Assembly: GCA_951406725.2 (NCBI GenBank)
Contig: OX597816.1
Location: forward strand, 93,000,001 to 93,064,000
Origin: Octopus vulgaris
Taxonomy: Eukaryota
Length of the DNA: 64,000 bases
Direction: 5' to 3'
Made by a program: the position numbers and the translations under genes
The notes under the pieces: generated by a model
Database searches by the model: none
Seen by the model: only the letters and a program-made list of their open reading frames with translations
What the model was told of the DNA's origin: nothing
In this document: positions 1 through 13,533 of the stretch, piece by piece
How positions within the stretch are numbered: position 1 is the first letter of the stretch
How the letters are laid out: every line of letters starts with the position of its first letter

Positions 1-670
1 GATTTGCTCATACCAAATTTTTTAGCCGTAACATTTATTGATTTCTTTTTCGTGGTCTTTATTTAATAACATTTTGGTCTCGTGAAAAAAGACTGCGAGT
101 GAAAGGTATCAACCGTCTCAACCAACCATGGAAACAAAATACCAGAAGACATTTAATCCGACAATTCACCACTTCTAGCAACAGTCCACTCTCGAATTCT
201 CGCAATTAATAAATAAAGCTAATCTCTGAGTAGATGAAGAGAACAAAATAACACCAACGGCAACAACAACATAATTTATTAATTTCATAACAAACAGCAT
301 TAGAACAAGTAAATAGGAAAAAAAAATATATTAGACAGAAAGCAGCAAGTGAAGCAAAGTTCTCCTAACCTATTGCAGAATGACAACTAATTGACTTTCT
401 TTTGTTGAATGTTCAGCTTTCAAATTCGTTCAATAGTATTCTAAAAGAATTGATACAATGGACGAACGAAGAAAAAAAATAATAGCCTTCCATTTTCAAT
501 GTTGATCAATCAATATCTCAACTTTTGAAGTTGATGCAAGAATTATTATGTAAAACAAGAAACAAAACATTAAGCAATTCAATCAAACTTAAAGCAGACT
601 TTAAGGAAATGAACATAAAGTGAAGCATTGAACTTCGCTTGTTTCAATTAATATACATAAATATTCTCAG

Positions 671-717
671 ACTGAGTGCATTGCATGAAGCAGCATCACG
701 TGCAGCTGCATTTTATG
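671..717 (-). promoter_or_regulatory. Possible core promoter (Inr-like TCAGT plus adjacent E-boxes) for a leftward transcript
   Basis: Minus strand reads TCAGT at 675-671; CACGTG (697-702) directly abuts CAGCTG (703-708). Motif match only. Confidence 0.2.
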
Positions 718-1012
718 CAATCTATGCTTCGCATTCTTCATACAATGTTTGTGTTATCCTTATTCAAATAATAGATTGCTTAGATTTTCTTTCTTCCTTT
801 CTTATATTCTGAAATATTCTGTCATAAGCGAAAGTATCAAGATTCCTTTGTGTTATTGAACATTTACCTTCGCTCTTTGTTTCCATTCTTGTGATTTCTT
901 AAACTCTCTGATATGAAGTTATCGTTGGTTACTGTTATAATAAGGTTATCACTGTCATCTTCAGCTGCCATGAAGCTTTACTTCTCATCTAGCATGTCAT
1001 AGATTGACGAAT

Positions 1013-1083
1013 ATGTTGTTGTTACTATTGTTGCTGTGGTTGTTGTTGTTGCTGCTGCTGCTATTGTTGCAGCCGTTGTTGTT
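1013..1083. repeat. (TTG/CTG)n microsatellite
   Basis: Direct read; source of the poly-Leu ORF 1004..1186. Confidence 0.9.
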
Positions 1084-1509
1084 TCTGTATAGCACAAGGC
1101 ATAACCTGATCCAGAGGTTCTATGGTATTTATGTAAACAATCTGATAACTAAGCACCTCATATATACCACACCTCTGCCTCGTTGAGGGTCTATACTGTA
1201 CATTCAGACTGAAGTGGTTTACTGTGAAGGGAAAAGTAAGAAAGTTGGGACATGTTGCTTATTTTTCTCACTATTCTTGTGCATCTATAGGTTTTGGTGG
1301 CAACCCCATCTGAACCAGACAAGGCAGAAAGGATCAAAATATAACCACAGTTTAGTTTCTCTTCTTCCTGAAGCAATAGTATGTTCCAGAACGATGTTTG
1401 AGAAACTAAGATTTATGATGCTGCAGTTATATATGTTTATGTTTTTTTCTTTCCTATTCGTCTTGGGAGAGGAATAATGTACCTTAATGTAGTTTTGTAA
1501 TTGTTATTA

Positions 1510-1700
1510 TCATTTAGCCTCAACCCAGGTAAAGATCGAACCGACCCTGAGCAATGGTAATCCAGTCTTTAATTAAAATTGTGTCGAAGTTTGCACTATC
1601 CAATGTGTCTTACATTTTTTATGCAAAATGGTGTGATCTGAGAGGCGTTTCGTTGCTCATTCTCGTAGGTTGGGCGACCACATCGTGGAAGTACTGTCAT
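1510..1700 (+). repeat. Old unclassified ~200-bp interspersed repeat (family X)
   Basis: Shares ttagccc..aggtc..ctgatc...attccag...gatttggctgctatt..tagc motifs with copies near 12226, 12480(-), 20405, 25310, 26215(-), 31535(-) and 50855-51670. Confidence 0.5.
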
Positions 1701-2430
1701 GTCTTGTTTTTTGGAGCCGATTCTGCATGAAGGAGCAGGGTCTCAGTTAACTGGATCTTACTGTGGTCATACAGTGCATTCTTCTCATACCCAAGTGTCC
1801 TTTTAGGTTTTTAATGTATTTTTATATTGTCTATCTTTCCTTTGATTTTTTTTTTTGCTTAGTCATCCTGAAAGGCTATTTTGTCATATTTTACATTAAA
1901 TTTCAAGTGCAGCTAACACTTTGATCTGTTTCTAAATTTTGAATTTGAAGTTCACTAAGAAGTTTAATGTGCCGCACAAGCGATAATATGAGAGAATCTT
2001 GGTAAGAAAGGAAGAACGTCAGGAAGTGATAATGCTTTATCGCTTTAATATGTAGAGAGAGCTATTAAAGATTTACCGAAATCTTTCTTGAACGTATATA
2101 GTTGCCAATATCTCTCTATATATAATAATGTTATTGAAATACACTGCATATTCCAAATTCTTTAGTCGCTATTTAAATTTGTGGGGCTTGTTTTCTTTAG
2201 CAAATGTTTTAATACGTTTGACTATCCCATTGCTTAGTTCTAATTTGTTGTGACCAACATTTCGCAAGTCAGATTTGTTAGCTGTTTACTTTAGATATAT
2301 TTAACTGTATACTTTGATTTGCGTAAAATATATATATATTCATCAAAGCTACAGCTAGTCTAAATGACATGACTGGTCAATTGATTGGCACAGCATTTTC
2401 ACCATGGTCAAACAAATTATCTCTGTTTTA

Positions 2431-3225
2431 GGATCTTCTCTGTTTGGTTGCCAGCGGCTCTTAAAATTAAAATTTACCGAAAATTTTATAATTTGGCACA
2501 ATAATACACTTGCGCAAACTGAATTGCTGGAGTTATTTAATTTTTTCCAGAAAAATATTTTTACAAAGTTAAAGAGGTTTAAAGTTTGATCATTTTCAAC
2601 TAATCAGGAAACAGGATTTGAAAGCTGTCATTTTGTGCGTGACTGCACATTTTGTCGTCAACATCTTGAAAATAGCATGTGTTGTCAATATTTATAAACA
2701 ACACGTGTTATGTCTCCGGCAATTTTCTTTCATGTAAATAAATGCTTATATTAATTTAAAAGAGAAAAACGGTTAATTTTACATCTCTGAGCAAGATGTT
2801 GGCAAATAAACTTTAATTTAAAGATTTATCAAAAAATCTTATTTAGCTGTTATTTTTAGCACACCTCACAACCACCTCAATGCTCAATGACAAAAAGAAA
2901 CGAGTAAACAAGACTGCTGCCAACACGTGCTTCCTCGCAGACTTTTTATAGGCTGTTACTATGGCATTTAGCAAAAGAGTTCCCATATTTCTGCTAGTTA
3001 TTATCGAAACAGGCATGAATGTGTTTGTGGCTTACGATTGGCTAAAATTACCAAACTTTTCAAACTTTAATAACTAATAACTCTTTATTTATTGATTGAT
3101 TTATATCGAAAATTACTTTCACCTCATTAATTAGCCTATAAAAGTGTATCATTACACTGAACATGAAATCAATTCGAACAGAAAATTGACGCTGGTACCC
3201 GCTGACACCCAAACAGAAAAGATCC
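2431..3225. mobile_element. Non-autonomous DNA transposon (MITE), Merlin-like
   Basis: 27-bp imperfect TIRs: ggatcttctctgtttggttgccagcgg vs reverse complement of the right end ggatcttttctgtttgggtgtcagcgg. Near-identical 8-bp TSD ctgtttta/cagtttta. GG termini with an 8-bp TSD fit Merlin. Confidence 0.75.
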
Positions 3226-3774
3226 CAGTTTTAATCCGCTTAACTATCATATGAGAGTTGTATTCAGACTGAATGTATGGAGAACGCTGTAGAGTCGTAC
3301 AAAGTTTTATGAATTTAGATTTAGAGTGAACAATGAAAATAGACTTCTACATTCCATTGCTTTATCTACAAGAAATCATTGAACTAGAACTCGAGCTATT
3401 TTAAGCTTCCACTGACGCCTCCCACCACCAACATTTTTATTAACTGGCCATCTCTACCAACTAGCAACAATCAGAAGGACACGAAATACAGAAGCATGTG
3501 ATTTTTACAAGAAAAATATGTAGAATGCCAAAACTGATATTATGGAAGTTCAATTTAATTCATTTCAACTTTTTACCATTTTATTCAAGCCGAAACAGAT
3601 CATCTTAAACGACCGAATTGGCAGCTGCTTAGTGAAAAAAACGCATATTGGCGATCTATTTTCCGTGATAAAGTTCTCAAGCATTTTCTTCTTATCTTTT
3701 CAATGTCTATTTACTCATGTGTAACCTCTTAACCTTTCAAATACACACACACACACACGCACGCACACAAGTGA

Positions 3775-4092
3775 AGACACGTGGCTAAGTGATTAGGTTA
3801 ATCGACTGCCAGTTGTAAGGTCGTGAGTTTGATTCCTAGTGGTGCGTTGTCTTCTTGAGCAAGATACTTTATTTCCCATTGCTCCAATCCACTCAGTTGG
3901 CAAAATGAGTTGTGCTTGTAATTCAAAGGGCCAGCTTTGTCACATTCCTTGTCACACTGAATTTCCCTGAGATCTAAATTACGGTGTGCGTGTCTGTGGA
4001 AAAACTCAGCCACTTGCACGCGAATTTTACGAACAGGCTGTTCCGTTGATCGGATCAACTGGAACCCTCATCGTCGTAACCGACAGAATGCT
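3775..4092 (+). mobile_element. tRNA-derived SINE (family A)
   Basis: A-box-like gtggctaagtga, B-box-like gagtttgattcc, CORE-like cttgagcaagatacttta. 3' half matches the reverse copy at 13533-13700. Flanked by (CA)n. Confidence 0.8.
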
Positions 4093-5336
4093 TGCTTACA
4101 CACATACACCCTCACACACACACACAAACAAACACATATACACACATACGTGTATGTGTGTGTTTCGTTTTGTCCTTGTCATATCAAAAATGTTCCCTAT
4201 GAAACTATTTTCAGTACTGGAGCTATTTCAATATACATCAATTTTCAGGCACTTTGAATTGGAACTGAACATTTTCATTAATAGTATATTTTCATAATCT
4301 GAACTGTTCATAGAAATAAGGAAAATCATTAAACAGCAACTTGCAGTGAAATAGCAGATAAATTTGATATTTAGCCATGCTGATTAAAACGCATGAGTCA
4401 AAACCTAAATTTCACGATATATTAATAATCTAGATTCTGCTTGTAGTTAGGTTTATATTTACATAGGATTCCTGTAAATAATCTTCATATCTGTTTACAA
4501 TGTTTACGATGTAACATGCTTGGGTTACGCTGAAGACGCTGGAAACTTTAATAAAGGTCAATAAATCACTTTAGTTCATGTGTTCTGACTACAAATTTTT
4601 TAATAAAGAATTCTATACAACAATACACAATTTTCAGACAGAAATCTAAATTTTCATTATTGAAGTATGTTATAGAAATAGTTGCTACTCTATTGCCAAG
4701 CTATTCAACAAATATTGATTTCATATAAATGAGGTACCAGAATACAATTTATAGGAGAAGGACAAGAGATTGTGTTACATCCATGTCTTTACCAGGGACA
4801 GATGTAGCGTGGGTAAAATGAATTGCTTCAGGGAAATGAAATGGAAACCACCTGCAATTTCAGATCACATAACATTAACTTTTTGCTCTCAAGTGCACGC
4901 CATTATGCTAAAAATGTTGTTGTCTTGTTTATAAGTCATAAGGGTACTGTATTTTAAAGGAAAGGTGAATTGACAATTTGTAACGTTTATTATATCTTGC
5001 CCAAAGGTCGTTAATCAATAAGTGAAATGAAGCTTGTCACAAACTCAACTTGGTGTAAAATTACTTGGTCAAAAACTCTCATTACATACACATATACGTA
5101 CATATATACATGCATATGCAGACGTATGCACAGAACAATTAGTTCAAACGAACACTTTCAAAAGTTTCAGAATGAAAATGGATTAATAGCATTATCCATT
5201 GAACCGATATTAGGTGAAACTAACAGTCGTAATGCTATTCATAATTAATCCAGATTTTGAGTATAGTTATTAGTCTTCACATTTTTGTATTGCTCTTTAT
5301 TATCTTTTAGCATGTATATATAAGTGTATATGTATG

Positions 5337-5441
<105 letters not shown>

Positions 5442-5509
5442 GTTGATATATGTACGTGACTGCCAGGCTAATGTGGTGCCCATTACTATATGAATGTATT
5501 TCAGAAAGA

Positions 5510-6940
5510 AATTATATTATTGCCTTGGCAGTTTTTTTGAAAACGAACTCTTTGAGAGTAATGAACATTATGATTTATCAAATTACTATAGATTGCTTTA
5601 TGGGAAAGGCATAGGAAATTTCTGGTTACGGAAGGTCACTCTAACATTATTGCTAATTAAAAAGAAAATAGTGTTCCGTTGAGATTTCCTCTTACCTCTA
5701 TTGGGATGCCGTTATGGATTTTAAGGATACACCCACGTATGTAGAGCCACGAACAGATTAATTATGTGCACTTAATCAATATTTTGGTTTGATGTTTCAA
5801 GATCAATATACTTTCCAGAGTATAAAGGGTACAGAAAGTATTGAACTGTGGATAAATTGGTGCTTTATCTAAAGCCGCCATTCAGTATGGAGTATATTGC
5901 TCTGTTTCAAAAACCAGATATATGTTGCCAGATCTGTCCAATCTTCGTTTAATGTATTAAATGTGTGATTATGTTGATGAAATCTGCACTTAAACTGGTT
6001 TCCAGTCAAACGTGTACGTAATAAAAACTGTTTTGCTTAATGTTGGTTGTGAAAAAGTTGCATATATAATTCATATTTCCAAGAAGTTTCTATTGAGAGG
6101 GCATACCCTCTGTTGCTGGCAATTTAATTTCTGTCTCCTAAAGAGTGCGTTCTGTTGGTCGGAATTTTATATTTCATTATTATCTTATTAGTATATGTAA
6201 AATTGTTGGCAAATTTCATTGGATTTGAATAGCTTGTAACTGAGATTGTTTAAAACGTTTTCCTGTTCGGGATGGGAGAATTAGAAAACGAAGAAAAGTG
6301 TCCTTTCATTAATCGAATGTTTTGGGTTATTCCAGGCGATCATTTTATTACACTTTTTTCTGTTATGTCTCGTATGTTTATGATATTTTATAATTCATTC
6401 GAAATTATTAGATGTCAATGTTCTGTTGCATATATTTGGTATCCTGCTGAATAAAGTTTCGCCTTGAGGTTGTCGAGTTTTGTCTTCTGGCGGAAACAAG
6501 AGCAGGGTGGCTGCGGAGAAGGTACCACCCTCAAGAAAAGAAGTGCGCCCTTCTAAATAATGATATTACGCCCTTTTCTCCTGGAATTGTATTCCCTTCT
6601 GGCCCTGTGACATCCCTTCGAAAATCTCCTGGAACCACGCCTGAAACGGATGGTCAGGTTTCTAAGAATCTAAGCTGAATGATCGCAGTTTATTATCTAA
6701 ATATAAGAAATTAATTCTTTGTACGGTTGGAAGTCTTGAGCATTAAAGTTGAATGCCAACTATAAGGAATTTATTATTTTGTAGTTTAAACATTTTTTTG
6801 TAATCTTGAAGTTCAGGTAGTTATAAATTTTGGCTAATGTCTATCCTGTCTGACATTATCTCCTTCCTGTCCATCGATTGATGGTGTGTATGAAAGAGAA
6901 ATTCTGCTCGATTGTCTTGGCTAGTTTTTGGCTTTCTTAT
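5510..6940 (-). mobile_element. Highly decayed Penelope-like element (RT thumb to GIY-YIG end)
   Basis: Manual minus-strand translation gives, in the expected order, IYNYLNF (~6810), LDNLKAKLYSAGY (~6450), GSTYVGVS (~5735, GIY-YIG-like) and LKEFVFKK (~5540). Many stops and frameshifts. Confidence 0.5.
6487..6643. mobile_element. Small GC-richer insertion, hAT-MITE-like, inside the Penelope remnant
   Basis: Compositional island with ends ctggcggaaacaag... and ...cctggaaccacgcctg; no clear TSD. Confidence 0.3.
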
Positions 6941-9900
6941 ATATATAGAAATCAAAATATTTGTGCTTATTTTGTGTGAGCATATATGACTGCAACCACG
7001 TAAATAGTGAATTTGTATTTTTCTTTAGAAGTTGAAATTTTAAAAATCGTCGCTCCACATTTTTTGTGAACAATTTTCAGAAAATAAAAGTAGTATTTAT
7101 TAAAAATCGATACTTATGCTACTTTTCAGAGCATTATATACATGCTGGTTTAGTTACTTTTGCATTATATGTTAGTTCCACATAAATATGGCACATCAGT
7201 CTATGTGGTGTAATGTCTATTAGGATCCTTCATTACTAATTACACCCTTTCAATATTAATTCTTATAAGGAACGAAATTAACCATTGTATTTCAGTAGTA
7301 GTTCGTTGGTGTAGTGTTACATATGTTTTCGTGAGTTGCTTTAGTTGCAGAGAAGAAAGCATTACTATTGAAAAACGGAATAACCAGCTATAAACCAAAA
7401 TTTTCATGTGTGTGTGTATGTGTGTGTGTGTGTGTGTGCTGAGGTATTGGTTGGATTTCTTTAGTCCCTTTTTATCACCATATATATATATATGTATGCA
7501 TGTATATATATTCATACATACGCTAATACATATTTATATACATGCACACGTAAATATATATATATATATATGAATGCATATATTTATATATATGCAGAGA
7601 GACTAATTGAAGGTCGATAGTGAAGGAGTTTGTGTTATTTTATCTGTAAGTGTAAATGTAAATATAATATATAAGTATATACAAAGATAATACCGGATTT
7701 TCTTCGATAATAAGTATACCTATAAATATACACAATAGACGTGCATTTGTATGAATAGATATATTCAAAAATATTTCATTAAATATCCATACGAATCATT
7801 TCATATTACACACGTCTTTACACTGATACACCGCCATATCTCTGAGAGTTACTTAAAAAGATCTAATCAGAATACAATCTACCTTTTAGCCATTTAGAAA
7901 TAAAGCATACTTATCGACAACATTGTGTAAACCGAGTTATTGTGTTTTTCCTCACTTTTGTAAAAAGTAAACACAGTTTTCTTAATGCTTCCTTTGTTTG
8001 AAATTATGCATTATATTTATATTCTATATCTGGCTGGCAAGATAAAAAAAAAAGACAGGAATAAACCAAAGTAAGGTTATCAAGGAAAAAACTGTATAGT
8101 ATTTCTTTTATCGCTGATGAATAGAAAGATAATTGAGTTTTATTATTCTTTTATAGCCTGAGATATGTTTAGGTCTATATTAATTCGGAAGAGTACTAAT
8201 GATCCTTAGTGCATTACTTTACTGATTAAAGAATATAGATACTACTTATTCTCACAAGTTTCTGTTATTTATTTTGAAAATATAAGTTATTTCACATAAA
8301 AGTTTATATATTCATCGTGTGCTTATTAATCTTATGGAAGTTTTATCAGTCAGTTTCAAATTATTCAATAGCGTCTAAGATATAGATGTAAATTATCAGA
8401 ACTATCAATAATTACTTAACTAACAACTAGAACAAGGCACCGGCTTAGAATCATTATCTGTTATTTGGAAACATTCGTAGAACTGGATACTAACATACGT
8501 CTTAGTTGAAGGGTTGAATGCTGTCAAAACGACCGACCACTAATTAGTGAGAGAGCGAAATCCCGGACGATTTCTGTCGCAACCGATGATGATGAGGAGG
8601 AGGGTGAGGGGGGATGATGGTAGTGGGGTGATGATGATGACGATGATGATGAAAGATCAGTATGGGTTTCTGAATTCATCCTGTTTTCCTTGTATGAAAG
8701 CTTTGATTTAAACACTTGTAAGAAGGTTGTGGAAGTAAACTTGACTACTTCATTGAATAGAGCAAGCAACTACTAAAGATCTCTCTCGATTGACATAGAA
8801 ACATAGCTCAAATTGGCATATACTTTTTTTTTCTTTTTAGATGTAACAACACGAGAAACATTTATATGACGATGATTACTTTGATTGTGATATTCAATTG
8901 AGATTATGCATCTTTCTTCAACTTGGTCACTCGTAACTTTCCAGAAGGTAAAAGTTTAACAAAATTTCTCGATGCCTCAATATCATGCTAGTCACTTATG
9001 CTATCTCTTTATGCACAGCTGGTCAGTATTCTCATCACCAGGTTTGCCTATTATTTCAAAGTTAAAAGATTAATGTAATGCACATGGATGCATGTCTATG
9101 AAACTAATTAACTAAATTTTAAAAAGAATTAATAGTAGGAGTGTAAGGATTAAAATACTTTATGAATATGCAGCTTGAAATTACATAAAGAGCCATAGAG
9201 TGAGGGCACTAATTTTGTCAACTTAGCGAAGTCCAGACAAATATTCTATTTTTTTTAAAAAATTAATTCAAAGAAAATGTAACATTCATCAGCTCTAATA
9301 GAATAATGACAATGAAATGGCTTCAATTAGAGGTGAATTCTTGCTCAGCGGAGCTAACCACGTACGGAATCATTGATTATTGCTTTATCTTTCAAATAAA
9401 TTAGAATATGTTACCGAATAAAGTTGAATTTGCACGCTTCACGTTTCTATGTCATGGGTCATGGGTTATTTATGATTATCCAGACATAAATAATTTGACT
9501 ATTTTACTATTATTTTATACAATAATGTTAAAGGAAGCAAAAAAAAACCTGTGTAGTTAATGTGCTGCCCGCATGCTTCTTTCAGTTATGGCATAGGAAA
9601 TTTCTTGTGAAATCGCTCCATCCTGTGTATTAAATGAGCTTAGACTTACTATCTTTCGATTGTGATGTACTTCAGAGTTTAATTATATATTATAGACTTT
9701 GTTTTTCAATACATAAGCAACATATTCTTTGCCTCGTATTGCCAAATATCTCTTGTAATGACATTAAAACATAGATCGTCTCTTACTTTATAACCTTTCT
9801 CACACAGGCATCAACTATACATAATATGTACGATATCAAGTCAGATATAGTACTTCTATGAATAGAAACCTTGAAGTCGTCCTCCAATGAAGAAATGAAA

Positions 9901-11373
9901 ACTTGGTCAAATTCAGTAGCATATCTCCTCCGTCAGTATCGGCGATGATTGTTCTAGTTCTTCGTTAAATCATAATGTAAGTGGCTGATTGCTCCACAAA
10001 TACTTGCATTTTACAGTAATGTTAAAAGAGAATCAGCATAACAGCGTAACAAACTTGAATTACAAGTTTAATTTGTCTGATGTCCTTTTGCAAAGCTTTC
10101 GTCTATGCAATTTTACTCAGAAGGCTTTGCCTGATCTGATGTTATAATAAAAGACAAAACTATTTCTTGTAGGATGGAGTGCAATTTAATCCTAAACAGT
10201 CACTGAGCTGCTACGAAGTTCAAAGCACAACTACATCGGACTGCTGCTTACATCCGCTTTCTCTCTTCGTTTCCGAAGATGAAAATCCAATTTCTTTGAC
10301 ACCGGCGCGCAACGGAGGACGTATTTGTGTAGGAAAATTGCAACTGTCCCTATCGATTCTACATTTTTTATATGCCTTCAGGGGTGAGGTACTACGAAAG
10401 TGGTGGTATTTAATTATCACAGTTATTGATGGCACTCCTACCACCGCAATGAAAAGTCAGCTATCTATGTATTGTTCTCAGAAGTCCTAGTTTCGACTTG
10501 TACTGGATTTGAACTAAAGATAAGGGTGGGCTGTTCCGGACAATCAGCCTCGATCACGTCCCAGATTTACTAGACATATAGCAAGTTCAAACAAGACAAT
10601 TGGAGGCACACTAAAAAGTCAGTGGGATGACCAGGGCATTCTATGTGACAATGTGCTCGAGTGTATGTGCCCTACTGTATTTCGTCTTTCTACCCGCTGA
10701 AAATTGACTATTAATGGTGAAGATTACTCAGCACTTTCTCTAAAAGTCTTATCTTTACATACGTATAGTGACAACCTCCAACGAATGTCACTGATATATA
10801 TCTTGGGTGGAGAAACTGTTACACACACATATGCTTTGTATCGCATTGCCTCCTATTGCGTACAGACATTTCATTCTCACCATATTAACAAATCATTATC
10901 CATCTAAAGTGTTGCGGGGCCTACAAAAAAATCTTCCCTGATCTAAATAATAAAGAAGGGGATGGGGATACATGTTCTTGAATTTATATTTACCCTGTTT
11001 ATAAATATGTTTAACTCTTAAACAAATTAGTTACTTAACCAATCATGTATCTTGCTTTATTAAACAATCTCGGTTTTTATCAAGTTAACATAACTCTACC
11101 AGTCACCACACACAATACATTTACGAATAGATAAGGTTTTCAAGACAATGACTGTGTTATGTAAAGTTTCGCGATAAGATATCTAGTTAAAATGTAATTG
11201 GTTTATGCTTTCCTGATAATACATGACATATTATTCTTGTTCTAGATGTTCTACAAAACACAAAACATCTTGCAAATAACATTTCCTCTTTTACTTTATA
11301 AACAACCTAATGATGTATTCGTTATAATTCCTATCCCAGTTACGTGTTTTCATTTATACTTGTTGCCGTTACT

Positions 11374-11404
<31 letters not shown>

Positions 11405-11435
11405 CAGTAGTAGTAGTAGTAGTAGTAGTAGTAGC

Positions 11436-11503
<68 letters not shown>

Positions 11504-11550
11504 GTAGTGGTAGTAATAGTTGTAGTAGTAGGTGTGGGTGGTAGTGGTAG
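11374..11550. repeat. (GTA)n microsatellite
   Basis: Direct read; source of the poly-V/T/Y ORFs. Confidence 0.95.
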
Positions 11551-11554
11551 TAAG

Positions 11555-12122
11555 GGCGGTGAGCTGGCAGAATCGTTAGCATACAGGGCGAAATGCTTAG
11601 CGGTATTTCGTCTGCTGTTACGTTCTGAGTTCAAATTCCACCGAGGTCTACTTTGCCTTTCATCCTTTCGAGGTCGATAAAGTAAGTACCAGTTACGCAC
11701 TGGGGTTGATATAATCGTCTTAATCCGTTTGTGTGTCCTAGTTTGTCCTCTCTGTGTTTAGTCCATTGTGAGTAGTAAAGAAATAGGTTTTTCGTCTGCC
11801 GCTACGTCCTGAGTTCAAATTCCGCCATGGTCGACTTTACCTTTCATCCTTTCTGGGTTGATTAAATAAGTACCATTTACGCACTGAGGGCGATATAATC
11901 CGTTAGTCTGTCCTTGTTTGTTCCCTCTGTGTTTAGCCCCTTGTGGGTAGTAAAGAAATAGGTATTTCGTCCGTCCTTACGTTCTGAGTTCAAATTCCGC
12001 CGAAGTCGACTTTGCCTTTCATCCTTTCGGAGTAGATAAATTAAGCACCAGTGAAGTACTGGGGTCGATTACATCGACTAACCCCTCCGCCAAATTTCAG
12101 GTCTTGTACCTGTAGTAGAAAG
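11555..12122 (+). mobile_element. tRNA-derived SINE (family B) with triplicated internal module
   Basis: Head gagctggcagaatcgttagc, then three ~180-bp units (about 11603, 11788, 11962), each with B-box gagttcaaattcc followed by gactttgcctttcatcctttcg..gtcgataaa..taagtacc. Flanked by (GTA)n on both sides. Confidence 0.85.
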
Positions 12123-12129
12123 GGTTATT

Positions 12130-12147
12130 GTAGTAGTTGTAGTAGTT

Positions 12148-12213
<66 letters not shown>
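12130..12213. repeat. (GTA)n microsatellite
   Basis: Direct read. Confidence 0.95.
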
Positions 12214-12214
<1 letters not shown>

Positions 12215-13457
12215 CGGCAGCTGCAATTTAGCCCCAAATCAGTTCTGATAGAACTGACTGACCTACGATCACATTTATTCTAGTCATAATCATCCCATCT
12301 TTAATTAAAATTACATTGTCCAATGAGCCCAGCTGTTTTTCAGGCGACACGGTGAAAATTTGAATGAAATTTGGCGGCTATATCGAGCATGTCCATCAAC
12401 TATACAGAAGCGTCTTCATTGACTCCTGGTTATGTTGATAGTATACATTATAACAGGTTGCCATCCCTGATGCTAACAATGGTATCTCTACGTAATCACC
12501 CGATGTGCTAAAAGTAGCTGGAAAACATCCATTAAACCACATCCTAAGGTCTCAAAATAGATGATGTAAGATTTCGTCGGATAATATAATTTTAAATATA
12601 CGATGTTAGAAAAGAAAAGAAAAAATAATTGACATGGTTGGATCGCTTTGGATTATAAGAAAGCTCAATTAGGAACGACCTGGTGTTAAACAGTGCGACG
12701 ACAACAACAGGCCATATCTGTCGATGTCAAAAACCTGTTCTGTTCAACATGATAATAATAACTTAACCTGTGTCATTATTTCAGTTTATCTGCACTAGAC
12801 GTGATTGGTTTGTTCTCTCCCAGTTTTATTCAAAGTATAATATGTCAGCTAACACGATCTGCTAAAATAAAATATAAACAAACATTTTCCTGAAAAACTT
12901 TGATTTAAATCTAAAACTTGTTTTCGTAAAATTGAAAACATTAATATAAATTCCTTAATTCATTGGTTTTGATAGTAATCCGCTTATACGCCATTAAAAT
13001 ATCACGCTTTTTTTTATCACTCTCTCTTTCTTTCTGAAAGATTAGCACGGATGAAGATTAGTTGCTCATGTTCTCCGTTCAATTATTATTGTCTGTGCAA
13101 TAAACTTACTTCTGAAAGATTTTATTCTTTTCTTCCATAGAGTTTCCGACAATTGGAAGAGGTGTTCTGTTCCTGTAATCCACAAAGTACTATTCTATGG
13201 AACATATTGCGATAACTGATATATATTTTAACAAATTTATACAGTTCCTTTCCTATTACATATTATGCTTATTATGATAGAGTGTGATGATACGTGAAGG
13301 TTTTCATGCTACTTGTGCTTGCAGAATTATATGAGTTTTCAGGATATTGACCTCTCGAACAAAAGCTTTGTGTTTGTGTTAACCCTAAATTCTCAAATTA
13401 CAATGTATGTGCGCGCGTATACAGATATATGTAATACACACACACACAGACAGACAG

Positions 13458-13532
<75 letters not shown>

Positions 13533-13533
<1 letters not shown>

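Noticed and set aside
1004-1186. Leu-rich ORF resembling a signal peptide
   Set aside because: Translation of a (TTG/CTG)n microsatellite; starts at TTG
3775-3845. tRNA-like A/B boxes here and at 11560, 13840 and 41620
   Set aside because: SINE heads continuing into repeat bodies; no complete cloverleaf
8524-8769. Ser/His/Pro-rich ORF
   Set aside because: Core is a (GAT/GAG) simple repeat; no domain and no convincing splice pair
8841-8947. Plus-strand exon-like segment (poly-T AG ... AAG|gtaaaa)
   Set aside because: Stops in all frames and no partner plus-strand exons identified
11340-11700. Poly-T/V/Y ORFs
   Set aside because: (GTA)n microsatellite plus SINE
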